Assembly: GCA_903948415.1 (NCBI GenBank)
Contig: CAJAYO010000569.1
Span: forward strand, 1-61,909
Direction of reading: 5' to 3'
Length of the DNA: 61,909 nucleotides
DNA from: an uncultured Opitutia bacterium
GTDB taxonomy: Bacteria; Verrucomicrobiota; Verrucomicrobiia; Opitutales; Opitutaceae
In this document: positions 9,708-19,622 of the stretch, one piece after another
Position numbering within the stretch: the first letter of the stretch is position 1
How the letters are laid out: each line of letters starts with the position of its first letter
Program-made: the position numbers and the translations under genes
The notes under the pieces: model-generated
Database searches by the model: none
Told to the model about the DNA's origin: nothing
The model's input: only the letters and a program-made list of their open reading frames with translations

Positions 9708-10607
9708 TCAGGTCGCGGCCTGCTGAATGATTTCACCGGCGAGGCGGCGGTAGTCGTTGATCACGTTGTCGCCGCCCAGTCCGGCATCGGTGGCCTCGGT
9801 GCCGACCAGCGCGACGGGCAGACCGAGCGCGACGGCGCGGCGCACCACCATCGCGTCGCGGATCTGCGTCTCCAGGATCTTCGCCGACGGCGCGGCGCGC
9901 TTGGCCGTGCGAAACTGGTTCAGCCGCAGCTGCAGGCGCATCTTCGGCACCTCGATGTCCACGCCCGCCTTGATCGAATTGAAAATCAGCCCCTGCACCT
10001 GCGCGGGCACGCCCATCGCGGACGTGCGGAAACTCGCGGACAACTGGTGAAACTTGTAGAGTTTTTCGACCAGGAGCGTGAACCCGATCAGGCTCAGCGC
10101 ATCGGGATTCACCGGCACGTAGATCTCGTTCGACGAAAAAATCCCGCACTGCGAGGCGCGCAAAATATTCGGCGGGCAGTCGAACAGAATAAAATCATAG
10201 TTCGCCTCGATCGCCGCCAGCTGCTCGGCAAACACCACGTAGTGGGGACGCTTCGGGTCGCCGTTGAACTCGTTTTCCAGGTCCACCAGGTTGAACGTCG
10301 TCGGCACGAGATCGAGGCCCGGCAGCAGTTTTTCCCCGGCCTTCCCCTCGACGACGTCCTTGACGACGATATCCCGCACCTTGGCGCGGCCCGGGTCAAA
10401 GATGGAATAGACCGAGCCTTCGCCAGCCGCATTGATCTTATTCCAGCGGTCGAGCCGCAGGAGCCAGATGCTCGCGTTCGACTGGGTGTCGAAGTCGCAA
10501 AGCAGGACGCGCTTGCCCAGCTTGGCGAGCGCCGCCGCGATATTGACGATCAGCGAGGTCTTGCCGACCCCGCCCTTGTAGTTGATGAAACTGATTTTTC
10601 GCGCCAT
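9708..10607 (-). CDS. ParA/MinD-family P-loop ATPase (orphan, no ParB adjacent)
   Basis: 299 aa. It has the deviant Walker A with signature lysine (MARKISFINYKGGVGKTSLIVNIAAALA), then ..VLLCDFDTQSNAS.. and a Walker B-like YDFILFDCPP. Confidence 0.85.
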   Translation of the reverse strand: MARKISFINYKGGVGKTSLIVNIAAALAKLGKRVLLCDFDTQSNASIWLLRLDRWNKINAAGEGSVYSIFDPGRAKVRDIVVKDVVEGKAGEKLLPGLDLVPTTFNLVDLENEFNGDPKRPHYVVFAEQLAAIEANYDFILFDCPPNILRASQCGIFSSNEIYVPVNPDALSLIGFTLLVEKLYKFHQLSASFRTSAMGVPAQVQGLIFNSIKAGVDIEVPKMRLQLRLNQFRTAKRAAPSAKILETQIRDAMVVRRAVALGLPVALVGTEATDAGLGGDNVINDYRRLAGEIIQQAAT

Positions 10608-10718
10608 GCGGGAGAGCCCGGCAAACGCCGGACTGGACGTACGGGAAGTTGCGCCACACCTTCGGGCTCCGCGAGTTAAAAACAGGCGCGGCCGATTTTA
10701 CCCAAAATTTCCCAGCGC

Positions 10719-11201
10719 GTGAACAAATCCACCCTCCGCGAGGCCATCCTCGCCCAACTCCGCGCCGAACTCGCTCTCCAGGTCGGCGCCGCCCAATCCG
10801 CCCGCGATGAGGCCATCAGCGAGGAGAGTCGCGCCGCGAGCAAATACGACACTCACGGCCAGGAGGCCGCCTACCTCGCCGAGGGCCAGGCCAAGCTCGC
10901 CGCCGAAATCGATGTGGGCCTCGCCCTCTACGCCGCCCTCCCCTTGCCGGAGTTTGGGCCCGACGCGGTGATCGCCCTCGGCGCGCTCGTCGAACTCTCC
11001 GCCCGCGGCCGCAGTGCCTGGTATTTTCTCGGGCCTCGCGCCGGCGGACTCGAACTCCGAATCGATGACCGCGAGATCCTTGTCCTCACCCCCCAATCCC
11101 CGCTCGGCCGCCAACTGCTGGGCAAACGCGTCGGCGACCTTGTGCAAATGGCCGGCCGCGGCGGGGCCGTGACCGCGCAGAAGATCGTGTCGGTCAGCTG
11201 A
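10719..11201 (+). CDS. GreA/GreB-family (Rnk-like) protein
   Basis: 160 aa with a GTG start. It has an N-terminal coiled coil (AQSARDEAISEESRAASKYDTHGQEAAYLAEGQAKLAAEI) and a C-terminal GreA/B-type domain (LVLTPQSPLGRQLLGKRVGDLVQM). Confidence 0.65.
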   Translation: MNKSTLREAILAQLRAELALQVGAAQSARDEAISEESRAASKYDTHGQEAAYLAEGQAKLAAEIDVGLALYAALPLPEFGPDAVIALGALVELSARGRSAWYFLGPRAGGLELRIDDREILVLTPQSPLGRQLLGKRVGDLVQMAGRGGAVTAQKIVSVS

Positions 11202-11456
11202 ACCGCGGTCCGGGGGAGGCTTCGGCTAGCCGGACGGACTGCCGGCGTGCGTCGGGCGGATGCAAAACCGCCGTCCGGCGTGGCGCGCCGCTGCGGGCGT
11301 GGCGGGAACGCAGCAGCGTCGGTCCCTGATCACCTCGGGGTGGGGTGAAGCTTCACGGTGCCATCGTCTACGACGGACCCCGGGCGCGTTTCCGGGAACG
11401 AACTCGCCCCGCGGTGTGGGATTGCGCCCGCACGTTCCATCCGCTTCCTCGGCGCG

Positions 11457-12125
11457 ATGCGTTTTCTTTTTCTCCTCGGTGCGTTCGCCAGCGCTGCCTG
11501 TGCGGCCGTGCCCGCGGATCTCGCCGCCGCCCTCGCCACCTTCCGCACCGACGCCCCGCGCGGCTGGTCGTTCACGCAGACCACTGAGGGCGAGGGCCAC
11601 AGCCGCATCGAACGTTTCGACGCCGCCCGGCCCGAATTCGACCGCTGGACCCTCCTCCGCCAGGACGGCACCGTGCCCGCGGCCGACAAACAACTCGACT
11701 ACAAGCAAAAGCTCGTGCGCCGCTCCAGCAACAGCACGGCTCCACTCATCACCGAGCAACTCGATCTCCGTGCGCCCGAAACCCTCGCCGACACTCCCGA
11801 ACGCGCGACCTATCGCTGCCGCCTGAAACCCGGCGAAGCGGGCGACAAGACCGCCGCGTTTCTCCGCGTGACGCTCGTCGTCCACAAACCCACCCACACC
11901 GTCGAGTCGCTCGAAATCTCCAACGACGGCGAATTCCAGCCCACGTGGGGCGTGACGATCGCCGAAATGAAAACGGCGATGACCTACAGCCTGCCCGACG
12001 GGGCCACCCCGAGCCTGCCGCAGAAGGTCACCACCCACCTGCGCGGCCGCGCCTTCTACTTCAAATCGCTCGATGCCGACATGACCGTCGCCTACACGGA
12101 TTACGTGAAAGCGGGGAAAAAATAG
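11457..12125 (+). CDS. exported hypothetical protein
   Basis: An internal ATG at 11457 in ORF 11358..12125 gives signal peptide MRFLFLLGAFASAACAAVPA. The protein is 222 aa with balanced composition; no family recognised. Confidence 0.55.
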   Translation: MRFLFLLGAFASAACAAVPADLAAALATFRTDAPRGWSFTQTTEGEGHSRIERFDAARPEFDRWTLLRQDGTVPAADKQLDYKQKLVRRSSNSTAPLITEQLDLRAPETLADTPERATYRCRLKPGEAGDKTAAFLRVTLVVHKPTHTVESLEISNDGEFQPTWGVTIAEMKTAMTYSLPDGATPSLPQKVTTHLRGRAFYFKSLDADMTVAYTDYVKAGKK

Positions 12126-12128
12126 GCC

Positions 12129-12144
12129 GGCCGGACGTCCGGCC
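12129..12144. terminator. perfect 16-nt palindrome between convergent genes (putative bidirectional terminator hairpin)
   Basis: GGCCGGAC|GTCCGGCC at 12129-12144, located between the stop at 12125 (+) and the glgB stop at 12160 (-). There is no clear U-tract. Confidence 0.4.
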
Positions 12145-12159
12145 CCGGGCCCTCCGCGC

Positions 12160-14370
12160 TCACGCCGTCCACTTGAAGATCGTCGTCGTGTGGGGCGGCA
12201 GCGTCACGTTGAACGACTGGCTGAAGCCGTCGCGCGCCACGTCCTCCGTGTTGCGGCCGCCGTCGTTGCCCAGCCCGCTGCCGCCGTAGTATTCGCTGTT
12301 GGTGTTGAGCACCTCGCGCCAAAAACCCTGGCGCGGCACCCCGATCCGATAATTGCGCGTCGCCCCGCCGAAGTGCCCGACGACGGCGAAGAGCGTGCGT
12401 TCCGCCGGGTCCGAGCGCAGGAACGCGATCAGGTTCGCGTCCGTGTCGTGACACGACAGCCAGCGGAAGCCCTGCGGGTTAAAGTCGTTTTCGCCGAGCA
12501 CGGGTTCGGTCAGGTAAAGCTTGTTGAGGTCCCGCACGAGCAGGCGAACGCCTTCGTGGTCGGGATACTGGCAGAGATGCCAGTCGAGGCTCTTGTCGTG
12601 CGCCCACTCGCGCGACTGCGCGAACTCGCCGCCCATGAACAGCAGCTTCTTGCCGGGCCAGGTCCACATGTGCGCGTAAAGCGAGCGAAGGTGCGCGGCT
12701 TTCTCCGCAATGTGCCAGGCCCCCATTTTGAAGAGCATCGACGACTTGCCGTGCACGACTTCGTCGTGGGAAAACACCGTCACGAAATTCTCCGCATACT
12801 GGTAGAGCATGCCGAAGGTCAGATCGCTGTGGTGGAAGCGCCGCACGACCGACTCCTTCGTGAAATAGCGCAGCGTGTCGTTCATCCACCCCATGTTCCA
12901 CTTCAGGTCGAACCCGAGCCCCCCGTCCTTCGCCGGCTTGCTCACCCCGGGGAACGACGTGCTCTCCTCCGCAATCGTCAGCGCGCCGGGATAGTACTGG
13001 TGCACGAGGTCGTTCACGCGGCGCAGAAAATCGATGGCCTCCAGATTTTCCCGGCCGCCGAATTTGTTGGGAATCCACTGCCCCTCCTTGCGCGAATAGT
13101 CGAGGTAGAGCATCGACGCGACCGCATCGACGCGCAGTCCGTCCAGATGGTAGCGGTCGAGCCACGCGAGGGCGTTCGCGATCAGGAAACAGCGCACTTC
13201 GTTGCGGCCGTAATTGAAGATGAGCGTGCCCCAGTCCATGTGCGCGCCCTGCCGCGGGTCCGCGTGTTCGTAAAGGTGCGTGCCGTCGAATTCCGCGAGG
13301 GCAAAACTGTCCCGCGGAAAATGCGCGGGCACCCAGTCGAGAATCAGCCCGAGCCCGCGCCCGTGCAGATAGTCGACCAACCAGGCAAAATCCTCCGGCG
13401 TGCCGAAGCGGTGCGTCGGCGCGAAAAAGCCCGTGACCTGGTAGCCCCACGAGCCGTCAAACGGATGCTCCGCGATCGGCATCACCTCGATGTGCGTAAA
13501 CCCCATGTCGACCGCGTAGTCGGCCAGCTGCACCGCGAGTTCGCGATACGTCAGCGGCCGGTCCGCGTCCTCCGGCTTGCGTTTCCACGAGCCGAGATGG
13601 ACTTCGTAAACCGACATCGGGCGGTCGAGCTGGCCCGCGTTCGTCCGGCGGCGCTCCATCCACGCGCCGTCCGTCCACGCGAATTTCGTCGTGTCGCAGA
13701 CGATCGCGGCGTTGTTCGGCGGCGGCTCAAAGTAGGTGCCGTACGGATCGGTCTTCAGCAAAATGCCGCCGGCCTGGTTGCGGATCTCAAACTTGTAGAG
13801 TTCGCCCTCGCCGAGCCCCGGAATAAAAAGTTCCCAGACGCCCGACGCACCGAGCGAACGCATCGGATGGTAGCGGCCGTCCCACCGGTTGAAATTGCCC
13901 ACGACCGACACGCGCGCGGCCGACGGCGCCCACACCGCGAACGATACGCCCGGCACCCCGTCGAGCGTCCGCAGATGCGCCCCGAGTTTCTCGTAGATCC
14001 GGTGCTCGTTGCCCTCGTTGAACAAAAACAGGTCCTGATCGCCGAGCGTGGGCAAAAACGAATACGGATCGTAAAACTGCCGGATCTCGCCGTTCGCGTA
14101 GGTCGCGCGCAACTGGTAGCGGAACACCTCGGGCCGTTTCGCCACAAACACCTCGAACACGCCCTCGGGCGCGAGCGCCTTCATCGCGTGCACCTTCAGC
14201 GGCTGCCCGCCGAGCTCCACCACCTCGCAGGCCGACGCGCCGCTCAGAAACGCCCGCACCACCACGCCGCGACTGCGGTTCCGCATCAGGGGGTGCATGC
14301 CGAGCACCGAGTGCGGCGTCGCGTGTTTCGCTTGGAGCAGTGAGGCGAGGTCGGCTTTGGAAATAATCAC
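12160..14370 (-). CDS. glgB: 1,4-alpha-glucan branching enzyme
   Basis: This is the C-terminal ~736 aa of the 1695-aa composite ORF. A GTG at 14370 gives VIISKADLASLLQAKHATPHSVLGMHPL... GH13 motifs are present (GLILDWVPAHFP, GLRVDAVASMLY, TIAEESTSFPGVS, VTVFSHDEVVHGK). Everything upstream in the frame is Gly/Arg-rich shadow sequence. Confidence 0.92.
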   Translation of the reverse strand: MIISKADLASLLQAKHATPHSVLGMHPLMRNRSRGVVVRAFLSGASACEVVELGGQPLKVHAMKALAPEGVFEVFVAKRPEVFRYQLRATYANGEIRQFYDPYSFLPTLGDQDLFLFNEGNEHRIYEKLGAHLRTLDGVPGVSFAVWAPSAARVSVVGNFNRWDGRYHPMRSLGASGVWELFIPGLGEGELYKFEIRNQAGGILLKTDPYGTYFEPPPNNAAIVCDTTKFAWTDGAWMERRRTNAGQLDRPMSVYEVHLGSWKRKPEDADRPLTYRELAVQLADYAVDMGFTHIEVMPIAEHPFDGSWGYQVTGFFAPTHRFGTPEDFAWLVDYLHGRGLGLILDWVPAHFPRDSFALAEFDGTHLYEHADPRQGAHMDWGTLIFNYGRNEVRCFLIANALAWLDRYHLDGLRVDAVASMLYLDYSRKEGQWIPNKFGGRENLEAIDFLRRVNDLVHQYYPGALTIAEESTSFPGVSKPAKDGGLGFDLKWNMGWMNDTLRYFTKESVVRRFHHSDLTFGMLYQYAENFVTVFSHDEVVHGKSSMLFKMGAWHIAEKAAHLRSLYAHMWTWPGKKLLFMGGEFAQSREWAHDKSLDWHLCQYPDHEGVRLLVRDLNKLYLTEPVLGENDFNPQGFRWLSCHDTDANLIAFLRSDPAERTLFAVVGHFGGATRNYRIGVPRQGFWREVLNTNSEYYGGSGLGNDGGRNTEDVARDGFSQSFNVTLPPHTTTIFKWTA

Positions 14371-14429
14371 GCGGGCGAAGGGTTGAACGGTCGGACTGGG
14401 CGAAAAGTGGGCCGGAAGTCGAACGCGGT

Positions 14430-17201
14430 CTAGCCCGTATTTTTCAGGCCGCCGGAAATCCCGTTGATTGTCAGCTCGACCACGGCCCGCGCGGCCTCCG
14501 CCTCCTCGGCCGAAATCTTCCGCCCCGACCGCAGGCGCCGCAGCATGTCGACCTGGATGTAGTTCAGCGGATCGATGTAGGGATTCCGCAGCTCGACCGA
14601 TTGCCGCAGCACCGGCTCGCCCGCCAGCAGCTGTTTCTGCCCCGTCACCGCGAGGATCGCCTCTTCCGTGCGGACAAACTCCGCCTCGAGCATTTCGAAG
14701 ATGCGCCGGCGGATCGCTTCGTCCTCGACGAGCGACGCGTAGAGCGCCGCGATGCCCATGTCGGCCTTGCGCATCGTCAGCTGCGCATTGTCGATCATCG
14801 TCTGGAAAAACGGCCAGCCCGCATGCATGTCGCGCAACAGCGTCCGCCCCGGCGCGCCGCGGCCGAGCACCGCCCCGAGCGCGCTGCCGAGGCCGAACCA
14901 GCCCGGGAAATTGAAGCGGCTTTGCATCCAGGAAAACACCCACGGAATCGCGCGCAGGTCCTCCACGCTCGTCGTGTTCCGGCGAAACGTCGGCCGCGAA
15001 CCGAATTTCAGGTTGGAAATCTCGTCGATCGGCGTCGCCTGTTTCCAGAACACCAAAAACTCCGGATCGTCGTGCACCGCGGCCCGGTAGGCCGCCAACC
15101 CCGCCCCACTCATCGCCTCCATCGCGTCGCGCCATGCCGCCGGCACCGGATGCGCCTTTTCCGCCGCGTGGGTGCCGAGCATCACCCCGTAGGCCATCTG
15201 CTCCAAAATGCGGTGCGCCAGATCGGGATCGTGGTAACGCGTCGACAACACCTCGCCCTGCTCCGTCACCCGGATGCCGCCATCGCGCAGCCCCGCCGGC
15301 TGCGCCAGAATCGCCTTCGCCGCCGGACCGCCGCCGCGCGCCACGCTGCCCCCGCGACCGTGAAACAGCGTGAGCTTCACCCCACACGCCGCGCACACGC
15401 CCGCGAGTTTCTCCTGGGCCTGATACAGCGCCCAGTTCGCCGTCAGGTAACCGCAGTCCTTGTTCGAATCGGAATATCCGAGCATCACGTGCTGGTGCAC
15501 GGGGGCCTTCCGGCCCGGCAAGGCAAACAGCGCCGAGAGAATTTCCGGCGCCCGCTCCAGATCGTCGAGCGTTTCGAACAGCGGCGCGACCGGCAGCGCG
15601 GCTCCCGCGAGCGCCTGCAGCAACTCCACCTCCAACACATCCGACACGCCGTCGGTCATGCTGATCACATAGAGACCGAGCGCCGCCGGGCCGAACTTCG
15701 CGGCCACGCGGGCCGCCAGCGCGAGCGGATCGAGGACGTTCCGCGTGGCCGCCGAAAACCGCGCCAGCTCCGGCGCCCGCAGCGCCTCCGCCGTCGCGAC
15801 CGCACCGAGCAGGAGCCCGCGTTTCTTTTCCTCGGCCAGCTTCGGGTAGTCGTCGCGCCCGAGCACCTCCGCGACCGCCGCGGCGTGATGCGACGAATGC
15901 TGCCGCAAATCCAACCGCGCCGTGTGCAACCCGAACACCTCCAGCTGCTGCGTCGCGATGCGCAGCTCGCCGCCCGTGAGCAACGCCCCGCGGCCCGCCG
16001 CCAGGCTCGCGCGGATCGTCTCCAGCGTGTCGGCGATCGTGGCGTGGTCGAGACACGTCCCCTCCCCGGCTTCGGCGGCGAGCACGCGGCCGTCCCGCAC
16101 TTCGCCCACCGCCTGCGTCAGCCGTTCGCGCAGCACGCCGAGCACCAGCCGATACGGCTCGTGCGGATAACGTTTGCTCAGCTCCTCGATGTGCCGCGAC
16201 AGGTGCAGATTCACCCGGAGTTCCTTCTTCAACGCGGGCACGACCGTGTCGCGCCGGTCGCTCACCGTCAGCGTGCGGGCCAGCTCGCGGGCCGCCAGCC
16301 GCACCTTCTCGATCGCAAGCCGCCGGTTGAGCAACAGCACCTCGGCCGTCACCGCCGCGGTCACGTTGGGATTGCCGTCCCGGTCGCCCCCGATCCACGA
16401 GCCGAAGGTCAGCCAGCGCACCGGCGCCTTCACGCCCGGATAGTGGCGCGCCAGCGCCTGCTCGAGATCGGTCTGCAGCCGCGGCAACGTCGCGAACAGC
16501 GTCGTATCGAAATACCACAGCCCCGTGCGCGCCTCGTCGGCCACTTCGGGGCGCGCGACGCGGCTCCGGTCGGTCAGCCACAACGACGCGATCTCCCGCT
16601 CGACGCACTCGGGCTCGAGCATCGCCGGTTCGGCCGCCAGCGCCGGCTGCGCCCGCACCCGCAAAATCTCCCCGAGCCGGCGCAACTTCGTCAGCAGCGT
16701 GCGGCGCTTCGACTCCGTCGGGTGGGCGGTAAACACGAGTTCGATCCCGAGCCGGTTCACCAGCGCCTGCATCGCCGCCGGCCCGACCCCTTCCTGCTTC
16801 AGCTCCACCACCGCGGCCTCGATCGTTTCGCGCAGCGGCTTCGCGTCGGGCCCGCCCGCCCCCGTGAGCCGCGCCGTCCGCCGCTGCCGCAGGAGCGTGA
16901 TGCGAAAATTTTCCTCCGCCAGATTCACCAGCTCGAAATAAAGCGTAAACGCCATCGCCTGGTTGAACGCCTCGGCCGGCGTCAGCGCCGCCACCGCCGC
17001 GGCCAACCGCCCCGCCGCCCCGTCGGCCCCGGCGCGCCGCGCCTTCGCCAGTTTCCGCAGCGTCTCGACCGTCTCGAAGGTCTCCGCCCCCTCCAACCGC
17101 GTGATCACCCGCCCGAGCGCGCTCCCCAGCGCCCGGACTTCGGCGCGCAGCGTGGCGAGTTCGTGCAGGGCGGTGGAGGAACGGAGAGCGGGACGGGACA
17201 T
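14430..17201 (-). CDS. ppc: phosphoenolpyruvate carboxylase
   Basis: This is the C-terminal ~923 aa of the 2118-aa composite ORF. The ATG at 17201 gives MSRPALRSSTALHELATLRAEV... Motifs FTAHPTES, VMLGYSDSNKDCGYLTANW and FHGRGGSVARGGGP are present, with the canonical C-terminus ...NGISGGLKNTG. Confidence 0.93.
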   Translation of the reverse strand: MSRPALRSSTALHELATLRAEVRALGSALGRVITRLEGAETFETVETLRKLAKARRAGADGAAGRLAAAVAALTPAEAFNQAMAFTLYFELVNLAEENFRITLLRQRRTARLTGAGGPDAKPLRETIEAAVVELKQEGVGPAAMQALVNRLGIELVFTAHPTESKRRTLLTKLRRLGEILRVRAQPALAAEPAMLEPECVEREIASLWLTDRSRVARPEVADEARTGLWYFDTTLFATLPRLQTDLEQALARHYPGVKAPVRWLTFGSWIGGDRDGNPNVTAAVTAEVLLLNRRLAIEKVRLAARELARTLTVSDRRDTVVPALKKELRVNLHLSRHIEELSKRYPHEPYRLVLGVLRERLTQAVGEVRDGRVLAAEAGEGTCLDHATIADTLETIRASLAAGRGALLTGGELRIATQQLEVFGLHTARLDLRQHSSHHAAAVAEVLGRDDYPKLAEEKKRGLLLGAVATAEALRAPELARFSAATRNVLDPLALAARVAAKFGPAALGLYVISMTDGVSDVLEVELLQALAGAALPVAPLFETLDDLERAPEILSALFALPGRKAPVHQHVMLGYSDSNKDCGYLTANWALYQAQEKLAGVCAACGVKLTLFHGRGGSVARGGGPAAKAILAQPAGLRDGGIRVTEQGEVLSTRYHDPDLAHRILEQMAYGVMLGTHAAEKAHPVPAAWRDAMEAMSGAGLAAYRAAVHDDPEFLVFWKQATPIDEISNLKFGSRPTFRRNTTSVEDLRAIPWVFSWMQSRFNFPGWFGLGSALGAVLGRGAPGRTLLRDMHAGWPFFQTMIDNAQLTMRKADMGIAALYASLVEDEAIRRRIFEMLEAEFVRTEEAILAVTGQKQLLAGEPVLRQSVELRNPYIDPLNYIQVDMLRRLRSGRKISAEEAEAARAVVELTINGISGGLKNTG

Positions 17202-17315
17202 GGCGGCAGGTGGACGATGGCGGGCGGAAAGCCGACGCAACAGCCAAAATCGCGCCATAATCGCACCCCCACGCCGAAGCTTGCTTGCGCCCAACCCGCC
17301 GCGTTTGCTCCGCCC

Positions 17316-19565
17316 GTGATTCGCCGCCTCGTCCTCTTCGTCCTCCTCGCTCTCGCCGCGCCCCTCTCGCGCGCCCAGGACCGTCCGTTGATTTTGGACT
17401 CCGACTTCGGCGACATCGACGGCAAAACCAACGAGCGCGTCCTCCGCGGCCACGCCCGCGCCACCGACGGCACCACGCTGATCACGGCGGATGAAATTCG
17501 TTACAATCAGGACACCGAAACCATCACCGCCACCGGCCACGCCGTCTTCACCCGCAAGGACCTCCGCCTCCTGGCCGACAAACTCGTGCTGCTGCGCAAG
17601 GACCAGACTTTTCGGGCCGAACGCGTCCGTTTTGGCGTGCACCCCTATTATGCCGAAGGCGAATCCGCCACCGGCTCGCTCGAAGAGATCACGCTCAATC
17701 GCGCCGTCGTCACCTACGGCGAACCCGGACCGTGGCAGCCGACGTTTCGGGCCGACAAAATCATCTACGCCCCGGGTCAGCGGCTTCGCGCCGACAACGC
17801 CCAGGCCGGCATCGGCCACGCCCAGCCCCTGCCCTTCCCCCGCTTCCAACAGGGCCTCAAGGACTCGTTCATCACCTCGTTCGCGACCTTCAACGGCGGC
17901 TACCGCTCCTCGCTCGGCGCGTTCGGCGAAGCGGGCGTGCAGCTGCCCGTCGCGGCCGGCGTCAGGCTCGGGGGCGACCTCGGCGTTTATTCTGCCCGCG
18001 GCGTCATGTTCGGCCCGTCCGCCCGCTACGGCCGCGATGCCGGCGCCGGGGCCGCGGCCAATCTCCGCGGGTATTTTCGCAGCGGTTACATCAATGACCA
18101 CGGCGACAAGGAGACCGATCTCCTCGGCCGACCCGTCCCCGAAAACCGCGGCTATGTCGAATGGCAGCACGAGCAGAAACTCTCCGAGAACCTCTCGCTC
18201 ACCGCCCAGCTGAATTGGTGGAAAGACTCCGAGATCCTCCGCGATTTCCGCCCGCGGGCGTTCTTCCCCGTGCAAGCCCCCGACACCTTCGCCGAGGCCA
18301 CTTACACCGGACAAAACTTTTTCCTCTCCCTGTTCGCCCGCTTCCAACCGAACTCCTTTCAACGCGTGCAGGAGCGCCTGCCCGAACTGCGCTTCGACCT
18401 CCTCCCGCTCGCCGTCGGCAACGGATTCTACCAACGCTTCCATGCGAGTGCCGCCGTGCTCCGCGAAAGCCAGGTGGCGGACGGCCTGGATCCGGCGCCA
18501 AAAGCCACCCTGCCGGCCCTGCCGCTTTCCGCCACGATCTCGGCCTCCGCCGGCACGTTTCTCCGCGACGGACCGCAACGCCGGACCAACCGACTCGACG
18601 CCTACTATGCGATCGAGCGCCCCTTCGCCTACCGCGATTGGCTCGCGTTCACCCCCGTCGCGGGCGCCCGCGTCACCTCCTACTCGCAGATCCGCGAGTC
18701 CACCCTTTCGGTCCTCAGCCTGTCGAGCCGTCCGCTGACCGTCGTCGACGCCCCGCTCGTCGCCAAACCCTCCTACACCCGCACCCTCGGCGAAATCGGC
18801 TTCGACGCCGCGCTCCGCAGCAGCGCGACCTTCAATTATAAGAACCCCCTCTGGAAAATCGACGGTCTCCGCCACCTCCTCACCCCGCGCGTGAGCTACC
18901 GCTACATTCCCGACGCGCACAAAGGCGCTGACCGCATCCCCGCCATCGACCGCCGCACCTTCGCCACCTACCTCCCGCCCCTCGGCCTCGGCGACCAGCG
19001 CAACCTCGACGATCTCAGCGCCACCAACACGCTCCGCGTCGGCTTCGACAACACGCTCCAGACCCGCGACCCCGTCTACGGCTCCCGCGATCTGCTCACC
19101 TTCAACGTCGCGAACGATTTTCGCTTCAAGCGCAACGCCACCGCCAGCGGCCTGGAACGCCGCGTCTCGGAAACCCACGCCGAACTCGCCTTCGCTCCCG
19201 CGAACTGGGTATCGGTCGACGTTTACCAGAGCTTCGCGCCCCAGAGCTTCACGCTCCGCGAGTTCAACTCCGCCGTCACGCTGCGCGACGGCGAGGTCTG
19301 GTCCGTGCGTTTCTCGAACAATTTCCTCCGCCACCAAATTCAGGACTACCAGCTCGACGCCCGCCTCCGCCTGAACGAGACCTACGAAGCCCTCTCGCGC
19401 CTCCACTACGACGCCCGCAAACGCCGCTTCAACGAGCAGGCCTACGGCCTCGCCCAAAATCTCGGCAACACGTGGCTCGTCTCCTACGTCGTCAGCCTCT
19501 ACTCCGGCCCCCGTCGCGAAAGCAACTTCGGCCTCAACGTCCAAATCGAAGCCCGCGGCTTCTGA
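17316..19565 (+). CDS. lptD: LptD/OstA-family outer-membrane LPS-assembly protein (putative)
   Basis: This is the C-terminal ~749 aa of composite ORF 14601..19565. A GTG at 17316 gives VIRRLVLFVLLALAAPLSRAQD (signal peptide). An OstA-like N-domain follows (TLITADEIRYNQDTETITATGHAVFTRKDLRLLADKLVL), then a long beta-rich region ending ...NFGLNVQIEARGF. Confidence 0.6.
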   Translation: MIRRLVLFVLLALAAPLSRAQDRPLILDSDFGDIDGKTNERVLRGHARATDGTTLITADEIRYNQDTETITATGHAVFTRKDLRLLADKLVLLRKDQTFRAERVRFGVHPYYAEGESATGSLEEITLNRAVVTYGEPGPWQPTFRADKIIYAPGQRLRADNAQAGIGHAQPLPFPRFQQGLKDSFITSFATFNGGYRSSLGAFGEAGVQLPVAAGVRLGGDLGVYSARGVMFGPSARYGRDAGAGAAANLRGYFRSGYINDHGDKETDLLGRPVPENRGYVEWQHEQKLSENLSLTAQLNWWKDSEILRDFRPRAFFPVQAPDTFAEATYTGQNFFLSLFARFQPNSFQRVQERLPELRFDLLPLAVGNGFYQRFHASAAVLRESQVADGLDPAPKATLPALPLSATISASAGTFLRDGPQRRTNRLDAYYAIERPFAYRDWLAFTPVAGARVTSYSQIRESTLSVLSLSSRPLTVVDAPLVAKPSYTRTLGEIGFDAALRSSATFNYKNPLWKIDGLRHLLTPRVSYRYIPDAHKGADRIPAIDRRTFATYLPPLGLGDQRNLDDLSATNTLRVGFDNTLQTRDPVYGSRDLLTFNVANDFRFKRNATASGLERRVSETHAELAFAPANWVSVDVYQSFAPQSFTLREFNSAVTLRDGEVWSVRFSNNFLRHQIQDYQLDARLRLNETYEALSRLHYDARKRRFNEQAYGLAQNLGNTWLVSYVVSLYSGPRRESNFGLNVQIEARGF

Positions 19566-19622
19566 TTGATCCGCGGATCTCGTCGGGCCGGCCCTGCGCC
19601 GCCCGCCTCTCCGTCCCACCCT

